From Nostoc sp. (GTDB taxonomy: Bacteria > Cyanobacteriota > Cyanobacteriia > Cyanobacteriales > Nostocaceae): a DNA stretch of 64,000 bases. The notes under the pieces were generated by a model that was not told where the DNA came from, ran no database searches, and saw only the letters and a list, made by a program, of their open reading frames with translations. A program made the translations under genes and the position numbers. This document shows positions 10,760 through 22,074 of the stretch, one piece after another. The stretch covers positions 52,337 through 116,336 of the forward strand of contig JBALDB010000003.1 in NCBI GenBank assembly GCA_036918135.1, given 5' to 3'. Position 1 is the first letter of the stretch, and every line of letters begins with the position of its first letter.

Positions 10760-11230
10760 ATGACCATTTACTTTTATAAGGCTTGGCAGCCTTATGGCTG
10801 TTTTTCTAACTTTTCTTTCCATGCAATCTACATCCAGGGTACTTACTGGGCAACGGTTGAGCATTATTATCAAGCGCAAAAGTTTGTTGGCAGTACGGAT
10901 GCAATAATTATACCTTTCATTCATGCCGCCCCTACTCCCGAAGAAGCTGCTGCTTTGGGAAGATGTACTACTCGCCAATTACGTGGAGACTGGGATTTGG
11001 TCAAAACTCAAGTGATGCGAGAAGCTGTACTCAAAAAGTTTCTCACTCATGCTGATATTAGAGAAGTTCTTTTGAGAACAGGCGATGAGATGTTGGTTGA
11101 AAACTCCCCAACCGATTATTTTTGGGGTTGTGGCGCTAATAAAACCGGTCAAAACCATCTCGGTAAAATTCTCATAAGTGTTCGTGAAGAAATCCGTAAG
11201 TTACTATCTTTAACAGTAATTTACGAATAA
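10760..11230 (+). CDS. NADAR (YbiA-like) family protein
   Basis: YGCFSNF, TVEHYYQAQKF, LVENSPTDYFWGCG and GQNHLGKIL motifs. Confidence 0.9.
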   Translation: MTIYFYKAWQPYGCFSNFSFHAIYIQGTYWATVEHYYQAQKFVGSTDAIIIPFIHAAPTPEEAAALGRCTTRQLRGDWDLVKTQVMREAVLKKFLTHADIREVLLRTGDEMLVENSPTDYFWGCGANKTGQNHLGKILISVREEIRKLLSLTVIYE

Positions 11231-11916
11231 TTTAATTAAAAAAGTTACATTTTACATAAAATCAGTAATTCAACGGGGAATAGCTAAATTTCCCCAGTTA
11301 AAAACCTTTGAAAGAGTTATTAATAATTAATTATTGAGCGGTAAAAATCTTATTTAATTGGCTTGATGGGTACAAATGGTAAAAAATATTATTAATTTTA
11401 GGCAATTATTAAGTTAGTAAGTTGAGTAATATTACTGAAATAATTTAATGATTGAGAATATAAAATTAATAGGTATCAATGATTAAAATTTTCTGAAAAA
11501 TAAATTTAGGAGTAAAAATGTAACATAGTTGTAATTATATGATTGAGTCAACATTTTCCTAAAACTTTTATGAAATATCGTTATTCAGCACAATATCTGA
11601 TATTTCTAAAATATTCTCTGATACATTCAAAGATATTTGCAATAAGCAATTGTATGGCCAGATCTACCTAATAAAAATTAGATTCAATTTTGAAACATAA
11701 TTAAGCACGCTTTAATATAATATAACGTGATTGTGAAGATACTGTTTGACCTCTTACCTAACTACACAGGTAAGTTTCTGAATAAAATCGGACTGATATA
11801 TTTGTAGGAACAATTTAGTGAAATGGAATAAAAATCAAGGAAATGTAAGTTGAAGATTCCGCTCAAAGACAACTATAAAAAACTTTTTTATACTTAAGTT
11901 ATGGTGTATATAGGCA

Positions 11917-14769
11917 ATGACATTTACCGATAAACCAAACTGGTTGCAGCAAAGCTTAAACCAAGAAAGTTTACTGCACCGGATGACAAAACAGATCAGG
12001 CGATCGCTCGATCTCCAAGAGATATTAACGACTACTGTTACCCAAGTACGGTTATTCTTAGGCACAGATCGGGTGAAGGTATATCGGTTTGATGCTGATG
12101 GTAGTGGTGAAGTTATTGCTGAATCAATTCATGAGCAGCGTCTACCATCTCTATTGGGGCTACGCTTCCCAGTCCATGATATTCCCCAAGAAGCTAGAGA
12201 GATGTTTCTGGAAGCAGGGCAACGCTCGATTGTAGATGTGGTTAACGGGAAAATTGGGCTATCACCTCTACATTCAAAAGAAACTGGTAAACGTCTACAA
12301 AGTAATATCTACTATCGGCAGGTAGACCCTTGCCATATTCAATATTTAAAGGCAATGGGCGTGCAATCTTCGTTAGTGATGCCAATTTTACATTACAACC
12401 TCAAAGAAGAATCGGCAAAACCGCAATTGTGGGGATTGTTGGTATCTCATCACGCCCAACAGCGAACGATTTTGAAGCGAGAACTGAGATTAGTGCAGCA
12501 AGTTGCCGATCAAGTAGCGATCGCCATCGCTCAAAGTCACCTGTTCGCTGAAGCCATCGCCCAGCAACAACGAGAAGCTACTATTAACCGAGTAACCACA
12601 TTACTACATAAACTACCAACAATCCAATTACAGGGGGCACTAGAAGAAGCGATCGCTGCCTTCGATGGCGTAGGTGGCAGGCTTTATATTCAACAGACTG
12701 AAGAATTATACACCTGGGGCGAGCAACCGAAACTACCTTATGAGTTAGGAAATAGTGTCATCGAACAGCATTCCATGTGGCAAAACTGGATGGCTGAGTG
12801 TAAACCAGGTAATATTTGGGCAACCACTGACCTTTATAAAGAACCGCGTTTACGAGTTTTAGCTTTAGGGTTCCGTTCCACTCCAATTCGGGGACTGATG
12901 GTGATTCCCCTACATTACCGGGAAAAATTTACTGGTGTATTAAGCATTTTTCGCTCTGAATTTAACACAGAAATTTTGTGGGCAGGACAGTGTGAGGACA
13001 ATCGGCGGCAATTACTACCGCAACTTTCCTTTGAAGTTTGGCGAGAGCAAAAAAAGGGACAAGCACGTGAGTGGAGGGCAGAAGACATTTCATTAGCCCA
13101 AGCGCTATACGATCATTTTTCAATGGCAATTCAGCAGCAGCAAATGTACAAACAGGTACAAGCGCTCAATTCCAACCTAGAACTGCGGGTGCAAGAGCAA
13201 ACTGCCGAACTAGAAAAATCATTACTATTCACCAAAGTACTCAAGCAAGTCACAGACCAGATCCGCAGTACATTAGACTTGCAGACAACTCTGCAAGCTA
13301 TCGTCCGCGAAGTTCGCTCGCTGTTAAACTCAGACCGGGTGTTGATTTTCCAAATCAAGAGTAGATCGGTGATTGTAGAAGAAATTAACGGCAACTGGCA
13401 GTCAGTTTTAGAAGTGAAAGCACCACCAGACTGCTTTCCTGATGAGTTTATTAATTTATACTTTCAGGGCAGAATTCGGGCTGTTAACAATGTATCAGCA
13501 GTTTCTTTAAGCAATTGTCATCGAGATTTTTTGCAAAGTCTGCAAGTGCAAGCCAACTTAATTGTTCCAATAAAAATAGGTATGCAAGTATGGGGATTAC
13601 TGATTGCCCATCAGTGCGATGCTCCTAGAAATTGGCAGGATGCGGAAATAGATTTATTGCAACAGCTAGGAGATCAAGCTGCGATCGCCATTCAACAAGC
13701 GCAACTATACGAACAAACTTTTAGTGCCGAAACTGAAGCCAGGAATCAAGCTGCACAGTTAGAACATACTCTGCATCAACTCCAAGAAACACAAACAAAA
13801 TTGATTCACACCGAAAAAATGTCCGCCTTAGGACAGTTGGTAGCAGGTATCGCTCACGAAATCAATAACCCCGTTAACTTCATCTACGGTAACCTCTGCC
13901 ACGCCAGCGACTATACCGAACAACTACTGGAAGTTTTACGGCTCTACCAGTTACATTATCCTCACCCCCATAATGAAATTCGCGCCGCCCTCGAAGCGAT
14001 CGATTTTGAGTTTTTGGTAGAAGACCTGCCAAAAATTATCACCTCAATGCAAGTGGGAAGCGATCGCATTCGCTCAATAGTGTTGTCATTACGCAATTTT
14101 TCTCGCTTGGATGAGTCTGAAAACAAGCGCGTTGACCTGCATGAAGGCATTGATAATACCTTATTAATTTTGCAACACCGCCTGAAAGCAAGTCCTGAAT
14201 TTCCAGGCATTGAAGTAATTAAAAAATATGGTCAGATCCCATCGGTGGAATGCTATGCCGGACAAATGAATCAAGTATTTATGAATATTCTCAGCAATGC
14301 TATAGATGCCCTGGTAATGAAAAATGGGGAGTGGGGAGTCGAGAGTAGCGAGATAGGGAGACAATCAGACAATCAGACAAGGGAACAACTAGACAAAGAG
14401 ACAAATTGCAATAAGTCTTTCCCCTTATGCCCAATTCCTCTTGTTCCCTCATCTTTATATCCAATGCCCACTATCCACATTTCCACTCAAGTCTTAGCAG
14501 ACGACTCTCGTGTGTTGATTCGTATTAGTGACAATGGGCTTGGAATGACTCAAGAAGTGAAAAAGCGAATTTTTGACCCATTTTATACTACCAAACCTGT
14601 AGGTAAAGGCACAGGACTGGGATTGGCAATCAGCTATCAAATTATTGTAGAAAAACATGCTGGAACGATGGAGTGCATTTCAGAACCAGGCAAAGGTACA
14701 GAGTTCTGGATTGAGATTCCCGTCAAGCCTCCAGTAACAAGCAATGAAGTGAAGGTGGGGGAGTGGTGA
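11917..14769 (+). CDS. aphC: Multi-GAF bilin photoreceptor histidine kinase (knotless phytochrome GAF1 plus CBCR-type GAF3), AphC-like
   Basis: GAF1 with HDIP and DPCHIQYL; PQLSFEVW PHY-tongue-like motif; GAF3 with NCHRDFL; H-box AHEINNP; G-box KGTGLGL. Confidence 0.8.
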   Translation: MTFTDKPNWLQQSLNQESLLHRMTKQIRRSLDLQEILTTTVTQVRLFLGTDRVKVYRFDADGSGEVIAESIHEQRLPSLLGLRFPVHDIPQEAREMFLEAGQRSIVDVVNGKIGLSPLHSKETGKRLQSNIYYRQVDPCHIQYLKAMGVQSSLVMPILHYNLKEESAKPQLWGLLVSHHAQQRTILKRELRLVQQVADQVAIAIAQSHLFAEAIAQQQREATINRVTTLLHKLPTIQLQGALEEAIAAFDGVGGRLYIQQTEELYTWGEQPKLPYELGNSVIEQHSMWQNWMAECKPGNIWATTDLYKEPRLRVLALGFRSTPIRGLMVIPLHYREKFTGVLSIFRSEFNTEILWAGQCEDNRRQLLPQLSFEVWREQKKGQAREWRAEDISLAQALYDHFSMAIQQQQMYKQVQALNSNLELRVQEQTAELEKSLLFTKVLKQVTDQIRSTLDLQTTLQAIVREVRSLLNSDRVLIFQIKSRSVIVEEINGNWQSVLEVKAPPDCFPDEFINLYFQGRIRAVNNVSAVSLSNCHRDFLQSLQVQANLIVPIKIGMQVWGLLIAHQCDAPRNWQDAEIDLLQQLGDQAAIAIQQAQLYEQTFSAETEARNQAAQLEHTLHQLQETQTKLIHTEKMSALGQLVAGIAHEINNPVNFIYGNLCHASDYTEQLLEVLRLYQLHYPHPHNEIRAALEAIDFEFLVEDLPKIITSMQVGSDRIRSIVLSLRNFSRLDESENKRVDLHEGIDNTLLILQHRLKASPEFPGIEVIKKYGQIPSVECYAGQMNQVFMNILSNAIDALVMKNGEWGVESSEIGRQSDNQTREQLDKETNCNKSFPLCPIPLVPSSLYPMPTIHISTQVLADDSRVLIRISDNGLGMTQEVKKRIFDPFYTTKPVGKGTGLGLAISYQIIVEKHAGTMECISEPGKGTEFWIEIPVKPPVTSNEVKVGEW

Positions 14770-15384
14770 GATAGAAAGACAAGGGGACAAATTGTAACAA
14801 GTCTTTCCCCTTGTCCCCTCATCCTCTGCTTTTTGCCCTATACCTATTCACTTAGCAATTACTCAATTCACAAACAAGGTTAATGAGAGAAATTTTAACG
14901 ATAGACTAAACAAAAGATTAAAACCCACTTAAATGTAGGCTATTATTGACTTGGATAAAAAATACTTCAAAAGTAAAGTTTGGTTGCAGAAAAAATTCCT
15001 TTCATCCACCAATGCTAATCTAATAATTGAAGCTACTAAAAAAGCTTCCCTGGCAGATACAACAGCTGCATTTGAAATGTAGTAAGAGGTAAAAGACGCT
15101 GTTTAATTTACATCTGTCTCGTCAAAATACATCAACACCCAATCCGAAAACTTACATTGCCTCAAATATGGAAAAATAGGGGGCGTTGTAACTGATTTTT
15201 GTTACTTGTTTACAGAAGCGATGAGAGTTAGTACATCCCTGGCTAGAATAGACTAGGAGAGGGAATATTAAAGCTAGTAGATGGTTATGTGTTGTTGTAT
15301 TTAAAAAGAAATTAGAATGATGGCTCCTCTGGGTGTAAGCTGAATACGAAGTTAAATAGCGAGAAACAATTGAAATAGCGCCTT

Positions 15385-16155
15385 ATGTCAATTATTGCGC
15401 TCAGAGCATGGTATTTACAGGATTATGAGCCGATTCCAGAATTGGAAAAACGCCCACCAGACATTCGCCTCAGCAAAAAAAGTCTGCTGAGATCGGCATT
15501 GCGAGCGGACTTTTTAGAAGAAAGTGACGAAATTAAGAAATCAATTTGGTTTTGGCGCTATCTGGAAGGTGAAGATATTGAATTTTATATTGAGGGTAGT
15601 GGCGGTTATCGCGTAGCTAACATTGACTTGATTAGTCACGAAATTTATTTTACGAAGCAGGCGGTGCTGGCTCAGTTAGAACCAACAATTTTTTTCAGCA
15701 ATCAAACTGAGTATGCTGCAGCGAGTGATGTTCTCAGAGAAGAACTGCAAAAAACTTTGGAGACTTTAAACTTGCGATCGCGCCTTCCCTTAACATTAGT
15801 AGAATCCTCTCGTCCCAGCGGTGCTACTTTCCGGATTAATCGCACTATGATGCGAAAAATCCGTAAGAGTTTGTTATTTATCGCTGATACCACACCCATT
15901 GCTAGTATTGCTAGTAAAGAAACTCCCCAACTAATTCCGAGTCCTAATGTCTGTATTGAAATCGGCTATGCCATTCAAAGTAAGCGGTCTGAACAGATTC
16001 TACTAGCGCAAATGCAACGCCCAGATTTTGAAGGACAATTTCCCTTTGACTTACCCACACAGCAAATTTTACAATTTCAAGACATCAAAGAACTGAATAA
16101 AATTCTGACACGAACCATTGAAAATCAGCTAGCACGATTCAAATTGTTTTTTTGA
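15385..16155 (+). CDS. Hypothetical protein with C-terminal TIR/nucleoside-deoxyribosyltransferase-like domain
   Basis: 256-aa ORF; LFIADTT...PNVCIEIGYA motif. Confidence 0.7.
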   Translation: MSIIALRAWYLQDYEPIPELEKRPPDIRLSKKSLLRSALRADFLEESDEIKKSIWFWRYLEGEDIEFYIEGSGGYRVANIDLISHEIYFTKQAVLAQLEPTIFFSNQTEYAAASDVLREELQKTLETLNLRSRLPLTLVESSRPSGATFRINRTMMRKIRKSLLFIADTTPIASIASKETPQLIPSPNVCIEIGYAIQSKRSEQILLAQMQRPDFEGQFPFDLPTQQILQFQDIKELNKILTRTIENQLARFKLFF

Positions 16156-16628
16156 ACGAGATGATAACATTCGGTATTGGGAATGGAAACGTCGGATTTC
16201 AATCGCTCAATTGTTATTGATACTGTGCCAAGGCTGTTGAGTATATTAACCTTCATGTCAGTAAAATCATTGCCTAACAAGGCTTACGAGCTTTTTTAGT
16301 ACAAATACACCAATCAACTAGGGTAGCACAAGCTCTGCTACCCTACTACATATTTACCACTACCTTTTATTCAATTGAAAACCGCTTTCTGGTGAATTTT
16401 GATTTGTTACATTAATCTTAGCGGTTAACAATTATATTAAAATATCTTAACACTTACAGCTATTGACCAAACTGTAGGGACACAGCATTACTGTATCCTG
16501 ACAACAGATGTGGTTCAAATAGATGAAAACTCCTGTAAGTGTAAAAGGTGTATCCTGTTGCAAACACGCCTTTAGCTAAAAGTAGTTGGAGGCGAAGGAC
16601 AAAATTAAAACTACATAGTTATTAGCAG

Positions 16629-17039
16629 ATGGAACAAGTAATTGAAACTCTCAAACAAGATTTACCGACACTTTTTCAAAAAGATATTTCCTATGATATT
16701 TATACACAGGATATCTATTTTAAAGACCCAGTGAATACATTCAAATATAAATTTAACTATCGCATTATATTTTGGACTTTGCGATTTCATGCTCGGCTAT
16801 TTTTTAACCAAATCTACTTTGATGTACATGATATAAAACAGTCTGGTGAAGATACTATTTTAGTAAATTGGACAGTGCGGGGAGTGGTACGTGTCCCTTG
16901 GAAAGCACGTTTGCTTTTTAATGGCAATTCAACTTATAAACTCAACCAAGATAATTTGATATATGAGCATATTGACACTTGGGACAGAAAGCCAAAAGAG
17001 ATTTTAAAGCAGTTTTGGCAAAGGGGAGAAGCTGATTAG
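16629..17039 (+). CDS. DUF2358 (SnoaL/NTF2-like) protein
   Basis: YDIYTQDIYFKDPVNTF...W.VRG...PW...G.S.Y...I..H.D.W pattern. Confidence 0.85.
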   Translation: MEQVIETLKQDLPTLFQKDISYDIYTQDIYFKDPVNTFKYKFNYRIIFWTLRFHARLFFNQIYFDVHDIKQSGEDTILVNWTVRGVVRVPWKARLLFNGNSTYKLNQDNLIYEHIDTWDRKPKEILKQFWQRGEAD

Positions 17040-17443
17040 CTGCTAAGTATTTACCTTTTAGAAAGGCTGATTCAAGAAACAAGCTTTTGCTTAAGGCTAT
17101 CTTCTGAAGGCTCAAATTTTGTCAGAGCGTAGTTATTTAGTAGATAGGTGCGAGAGGGGCAGTCGCTATTCTAAGAGCTAAATAGTTCAAATATACTACA
17201 TTTTTATTTATTTTGCCTAACCTACTTGCTACCAAAACTTTTGGGTATTATTTTGATAAACTATAAGTTATGTAGTATAATTATTTATTTAAGTATTATA
17301 TAAAACTCTTATCTTATTTTTGCAAAAACTCTGTACAACTCAAAAAGGTTGATTCTCTACTCCTGGCTACGCAAATAAGTTTAAAAACCAAAACGGATTA
17401 CTATATATACTTAATAAATATAAAAACTAAAGAGAGACTGAAG

Positions 17444-19000
17444 ATGGCAAAAGAGAGTCTGAAAGTTTATTTAGATGCCCTCATATGTAGAGAAGCATTT
17501 GAAGTACAAGGTCAAAACATAGGAAGAAATATTCCTATGATATCTATTCGTGATTTAGAAAAAAGTTCTTTTTTCTATCCATTTTTACGCAAACCTGATT
17601 TTCAAAGAGAAACTAATGAGTGGGAATCTCAGAAAATATGTGAGTTTATAGAAAGTTTTTTAGACGGTGATTTAATTCCATCTGTAATTCTTTGGAGAAG
17701 TTCTAGTAGTTATTATTTTGTGATTGATGGCTCCCATAGACTTAGTTCTTTAATAGCTTGGATCAATGATGACTATGGCGATGGTAAAATTTCTAAAGAA
17801 TTTTATGATGGAGATATTACAGAAGAGCAAAAAGTCGCTGCTCAAGAGGTAAGGAAACTTATTAAAGCAACTATAGGTTCTTATAAAGATTATCAATCTT
17901 TAACACAACATCAAGGACAAGTAGACCAAAAATTTCTCGATAGAGCAAGAAACTTAGGAGCCTTAGGTATCCAGCTACAGTGGGTTGAAGGTAATTCAGA
18001 AAAAGCAGAAGCATCTTTTTTTAAAATTAATCAACAAGCAGCACCTATTGGTGAAACTGAAATGCGTTTACTACTGGCACGAAAGACACCTAATGGTGTT
18101 GCAGCTCGTGCAATCATGAGAAGTGGTAATGGTCATAAATATTGGTCAGACTTCTCACAAGATAAACAGGATGAAATAGAACAACTTGCTCAAGAAATAC
18201 ATCAACTTATTTTTGAACCTAAACTAAAAAACCCGATTAAAACTCTAGATATGCCAATAGTAGGAAGTCTCTCGGCTCCTGAAAAGCTTGAAGTCATATT
18301 AGAATATGTCAATATAGTTAATAATATAGAAGTAGATAGTCAATTAGGAGACGATCCTACAGGAGAAAAAACAGTAGAACTACTCAAAAATTGTAAAAAG
18401 GTGGCGCAAAGGATAAATAGCAATCATCCTTCATCTCTGGGTTTGCACCCTATTATATATTTTTACACTAGCGCTGGTAAGCCCAAAATTGGCTCATTTT
18501 ATGGCATTGTTACTTTAATACTACATTTAGAAAAAACTAAATACTTTTCTAAATTTATAGATGTCCGAAAAGATTTTGAATGGGTGATTTGGCAAGATGA
18601 TATGGTTCCGCAGATTGTCAGCAAAAATGGAAACGCACTCAAAGCAAGAGAGAAAGTTAAAGATTTTTATATAAAAATTATTGATAAATTATTAGAAAAA
18701 ATAGATAAGAAAAATATCATTAAGGAAATCATCATTGAAAAAGGTTTTGGCTCATTAAAAGCTAAAACTAAAAGTAATGCAAGTGAAACCCAAAGTAAAG
18801 AATTTTCACGAGAGACAAAAGCAGCAGCTTTTATCAGAGATGCTTTACCTGGTTCTCCACGATGTAAAATTTGTGGAGGCCATCTCCCGACTCGTCTTAA
18901 TTCCATAGATCACATTAAGAGAAAAGCTGATGGTGGCTTGGGTACTTTAGAAAATGCACAGTTGACCCATCCATACTGTAATACAACATATAAAAATTAA
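17444..19000 (+). CDS. DUF262 (ParB-like) + HNH endonuclease, GmrSD-like
   Basis: KPDFQRETNEW, IPSVILW, VIDGSHRL; C-terminal CKICGG...IDHIKRKADGG...NAQLTHPYCN. Confidence 0.85.
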   Translation: MAKESLKVYLDALICREAFEVQGQNIGRNIPMISIRDLEKSSFFYPFLRKPDFQRETNEWESQKICEFIESFLDGDLIPSVILWRSSSSYYFVIDGSHRLSSLIAWINDDYGDGKISKEFYDGDITEEQKVAAQEVRKLIKATIGSYKDYQSLTQHQGQVDQKFLDRARNLGALGIQLQWVEGNSEKAEASFFKINQQAAPIGETEMRLLLARKTPNGVAARAIMRSGNGHKYWSDFSQDKQDEIEQLAQEIHQLIFEPKLKNPIKTLDMPIVGSLSAPEKLEVILEYVNIVNNIEVDSQLGDDPTGEKTVELLKNCKKVAQRINSNHPSSLGLHPIIYFYTSAGKPKIGSFYGIVTLILHLEKTKYFSKFIDVRKDFEWVIWQDDMVPQIVSKNGNALKAREKVKDFYIKIIDKLLEKIDKKNIIKEIIIEKGFGSLKAKTKSNASETQSKEFSRETKAAAFIRDALPGSPRCKICGGHLPTRLNSIDHIKRKADGGLGTLENAQLTHPYCNTTYKN

Positions 19001-19074
19001 ATATTTTAAAACTGAGTATAAAATTTAGATATAATGGTGTACTAGTAGGACAGGTTATCGTTTATTAAGACATA

Positions 19075-22005
19075 CTACGACTTCTTCACTGCTGGATACT
19101 GCTGCAAAACATGCTGCAAATATTGCCCGGTATAAGACTTAGGATTTGCTGCAACTTCCTCTGGTGTTCCGACAGCAATCAATTCTCCGCCTTTGTCGCC
19201 ACCTTCTGGCCCCAAATCTATCACCCAGTCTGCACAACGAATCACATCTAAATTGTGTTCAATTACTAAAATTGAATTGCCTTTATCTACCAATCTTTGC
19301 AATACATCTAATAATTTGTGGACATCATAAAAAGATAACCCTGTTGTTGGTTCATCTATTAAATAAAGTGTCTTACCTGTAGCGCGTCGAGATAATTCTG
19401 TGGCTAATTTTACGCGCTGTGCTTCACCACCTGATAAAGTTGTCGCCGGTTGTCCCAATTGAATATAACCCAAGCCGACATCAAATAAAGTTTGCAAGCG
19501 GGCGAAAGCTTTGGGAATATTTTGGAAAAAATCTAAACTTTCCTCAACAGTCATGTTGAGGACATCAGAAATAGATTTGTCTTTATACTTTACTTGCAAT
19601 GTTTCGCGGTTGTATCTTGCACCTTTACAAATTTCGCACTGCACATAAACATCTGGGAGAAAGTTCATTTCAATTACATTCACACCCTGTCCGCTACAAG
19701 CTTCGCAACGTCCACCTTTAACATTGAAAGAAAATTGTCCGGGTTTGTAGCCTCTAGCTTTGGCTTCTATTGTTTGCGAAAATACATCTCGAATCGCATC
19801 GAAAATTCCTGTGTAAGTTGCAGGATTAGAACGTGGCGTGCGTCCAATGGGCGATTGGTCGATGACGATCGCTTTATCAATCGCATTTAATCCCTGAATT
19901 TTATCTAAGTCTTTGGGTAAGGGAACTTTCTTAGTTAAATGATGTTGTAATGATGGATAAAGTAACTCATTAATTAAGGTAGATTTCCCAGAACCAGACA
20001 CGCCAGTAACAGCAACAAGCTTACCTAATGGAATTTCTACATCTATATTTCTTAAATTGTTGCGATGGGCATTTTTAATAATTAAACTGCGTCCATTTCC
20101 ATCTCGGCGTTCTGCTGGCGTAGTGATTACCCGCCGTCCTGATAAATAAGCACCTGTTAAGGAATCTTCTGCTGCTAATAATGCTTCTAAATCACCTTGG
20201 GCGATAATATTTCCGCCGTGAATTCCTGCACCAGGGCCAATATCAACTATATAGTTGGCTGCACGAATTGTTTCTTCATCGTGTTCAACGACAATTAAGG
20301 TATTACCCAAATCGCGCAATTTAGTTAAAGTTTTCAGCAATCTGCCGTTATCTCGTTGATGCAAACCAATACTTGGTTCATCTAAAACGTAGAGAACTCC
20401 TGTTAATCCAGAACCAATTTGCGTTGCTAAACGAATGCGTTGCGCTTCGCCACCAGAAAGGGTCATGGCTGGACGATCGAGGGTGAGGTAATCTAAACCG
20501 ACATCTAACAAAAATTGCAATCTGGCTTTAATTTCTCTGAGTACTAGATCAGCAATTTGCAACTGGCGATCGCTCAATTTTAATAGCTCAATTCTTTCTC
20601 GACAATCTCTAATTGATACTCCAGTTAAATCCAAAATTCCATATTGTCCCAACTTCACTGCTAAAGCTTCTGGTTTCAATCGTTTTCCCAGACAAACTTC
20701 ACATGGTTGATCAATTAAATACTGATCTAATTTTTGCTTAATTAACTCCGATCCCCCCTCATATTGCCTTTGTAAAATTGGAATAATACCTTTAAAACTT
20801 TGTTTTTTATCTGTTTTTGTAGTTTCTGCTTTTTCTCCATATAAAAGAGTCTGCTGCTGTTCTTCTGTCAGCTTGCTCCAATTTGTTTGTAATTCAAATC
20901 CATAAGCTTGCCCTACACTGTAGAGCAATTCTAAATAATAAGAATTATCTTTTTCTGACCAAGGGGCGATCGCAGCGTATATTGGCGCTTCTGGGTCGGG
21001 GACAATCAAATCTGGGGCAAATCTTCTTAAAGTCCCAATTCCATGACAGTTAGGACAAGCACCATAAGGTGAGTTAAACGAGAACAATCGCGGCGACAAT
21101 TCCTCCATTACCGCGCCATGTTCTGGACAAGCAAAATTTTCCGAAAATGCTAATTCTTCGTCATCTGTTGTTTGTCCTTTGTCATTTGTCTCATGACCAA
21201 AGACTATGTTTGCAATCCCACCAGACTGTTTTAAGCACGTAGATAGCGAATCAACTAAACGCTCTTGAATACCAGCTTTTTTCACTAAGCGGTCAATTAC
21301 CACTTCTATGGTGTGCGTCAAATTTTTATCCAAATCAATGGAATCTGAAAGTTCGCGCACTTCGCCATCAACACGAATGCGGACAAAGCCTTGGGAAGCT
21401 AGACTTGACAAAAGCTTGCGGTGTGTGCCTTTTTTACCCCGAACGACTGGTGCAAGAATTTGGAAACGAGTGCGGTCTGGTAATTCCAGAATGCGATCGC
21501 ACATCTCATCAATTGTCTGCGGTGCAATACAGCGATCGCAAATCGGACAATGCGGTTCGCCAGCGCGACCAAACAACAGCCGCAAATAATCGTAAATCTC
21601 CGTCACCGTACCCACAGTGGAACGAGGGTTATGAGACGTTGACTTTTGGTCAATGGAAATTGCCGGACTTAAACCTTCGATTGCTTCCACATCCGGCTTA
21701 TCTAACTGTCCTAAAAATTGCCTTGCGTAAGCGCTGAGGGATTCCACATAGCGACGTTGCCCTTCAGCAAAAATCGTATCAAACGCCAAAGAAGATTTAC
21801 CAGAACCAGAAACACCAGTGAACACAATTAAGCGATCGCGTGGCAATTCCAAGTCAATATTTTTCAGATTATGCTGCCTAGCACCCCGAATCCGAATGGT
21901 ATTCTGGTTATTGTGCGAGGGAAGATGTCCGTTCAACAGAGAAGCCTGAGCGTTAGCCTGCTCTGAACGGAACTTCGGGGATGCTGTAAGCTGTGGGTCT
22001 GACAT
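19075..22005 (-). CDS. uvrA: Excinuclease ABC subunit A (alternative TTG start at 22017)
   Basis: GARQHNLKN, two Walker A motifs [16 protein letters not shown] twice, zinc-finger CxxC motifs. Confidence 0.98.
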   Translation of the reverse strand: MSDPQLTASPKFRSEQANAQASLLNGHLPSHNNQNTIRIRGARQHNLKNIDLELPRDRLIVFTGVSGSGKSSLAFDTIFAEGQRRYVESLSAYARQFLGQLDKPDVEAIEGLSPAISIDQKSTSHNPRSTVGTVTEIYDYLRLLFGRAGEPHCPICDRCIAPQTIDEMCDRILELPDRTRFQILAPVVRGKKGTHRKLLSSLASQGFVRIRVDGEVRELSDSIDLDKNLTHTIEVVIDRLVKKAGIQERLVDSLSTCLKQSGGIANIVFGHETNDKGQTTDDEELAFSENFACPEHGAVMEELSPRLFSFNSPYGACPNCHGIGTLRRFAPDLIVPDPEAPIYAAIAPWSEKDNSYYLELLYSVGQAYGFELQTNWSKLTEEQQQTLLYGEKAETTKTDKKQSFKGIIPILQRQYEGGSELIKQKLDQYLIDQPCEVCLGKRLKPEALAVKLGQYGILDLTGVSIRDCRERIELLKLSDRQLQIADLVLREIKARLQFLLDVGLDYLTLDRPAMTLSGGEAQRIRLATQIGSGLTGVLYVLDEPSIGLHQRDNGRLLKTLTKLRDLGNTLIVVEHDEETIRAANYIVDIGPGAGIHGGNIIAQGDLEALLAAEDSLTGAYLSGRRVITTPAERRDGNGRSLIIKNAHRNNLRNIDVEIPLGKLVAVTGVSGSGKSTLINELLYPSLQHHLTKKVPLPKDLDKIQGLNAIDKAIVIDQSPIGRTPRSNPATYTGIFDAIRDVFSQTIEAKARGYKPGQFSFNVKGGRCEACSGQGVNVIEMNFLPDVYVQCEICKGARYNRETLQVKYKDKSISDVLNMTVEESLDFFQNIPKAFARLQTLFDVGLGYIQLGQPATTLSGGEAQRVKLATELSRRATGKTLYLIDEPTTGLSFYDVHKLLDVLQRLVDKGNSILVIEHNLDVIRCADWVIDLGPEGGDKGGELIAVGTPEEVAANPKSYTGQYLQHVLQQYPAVKKS

Positions 22006-22074
22006 ATTGGGCGGCAAAAAAGGAGTTTCTTGTGAAACAGTCCTTAATAATACTATCTTTAATTAGTTTATAGT

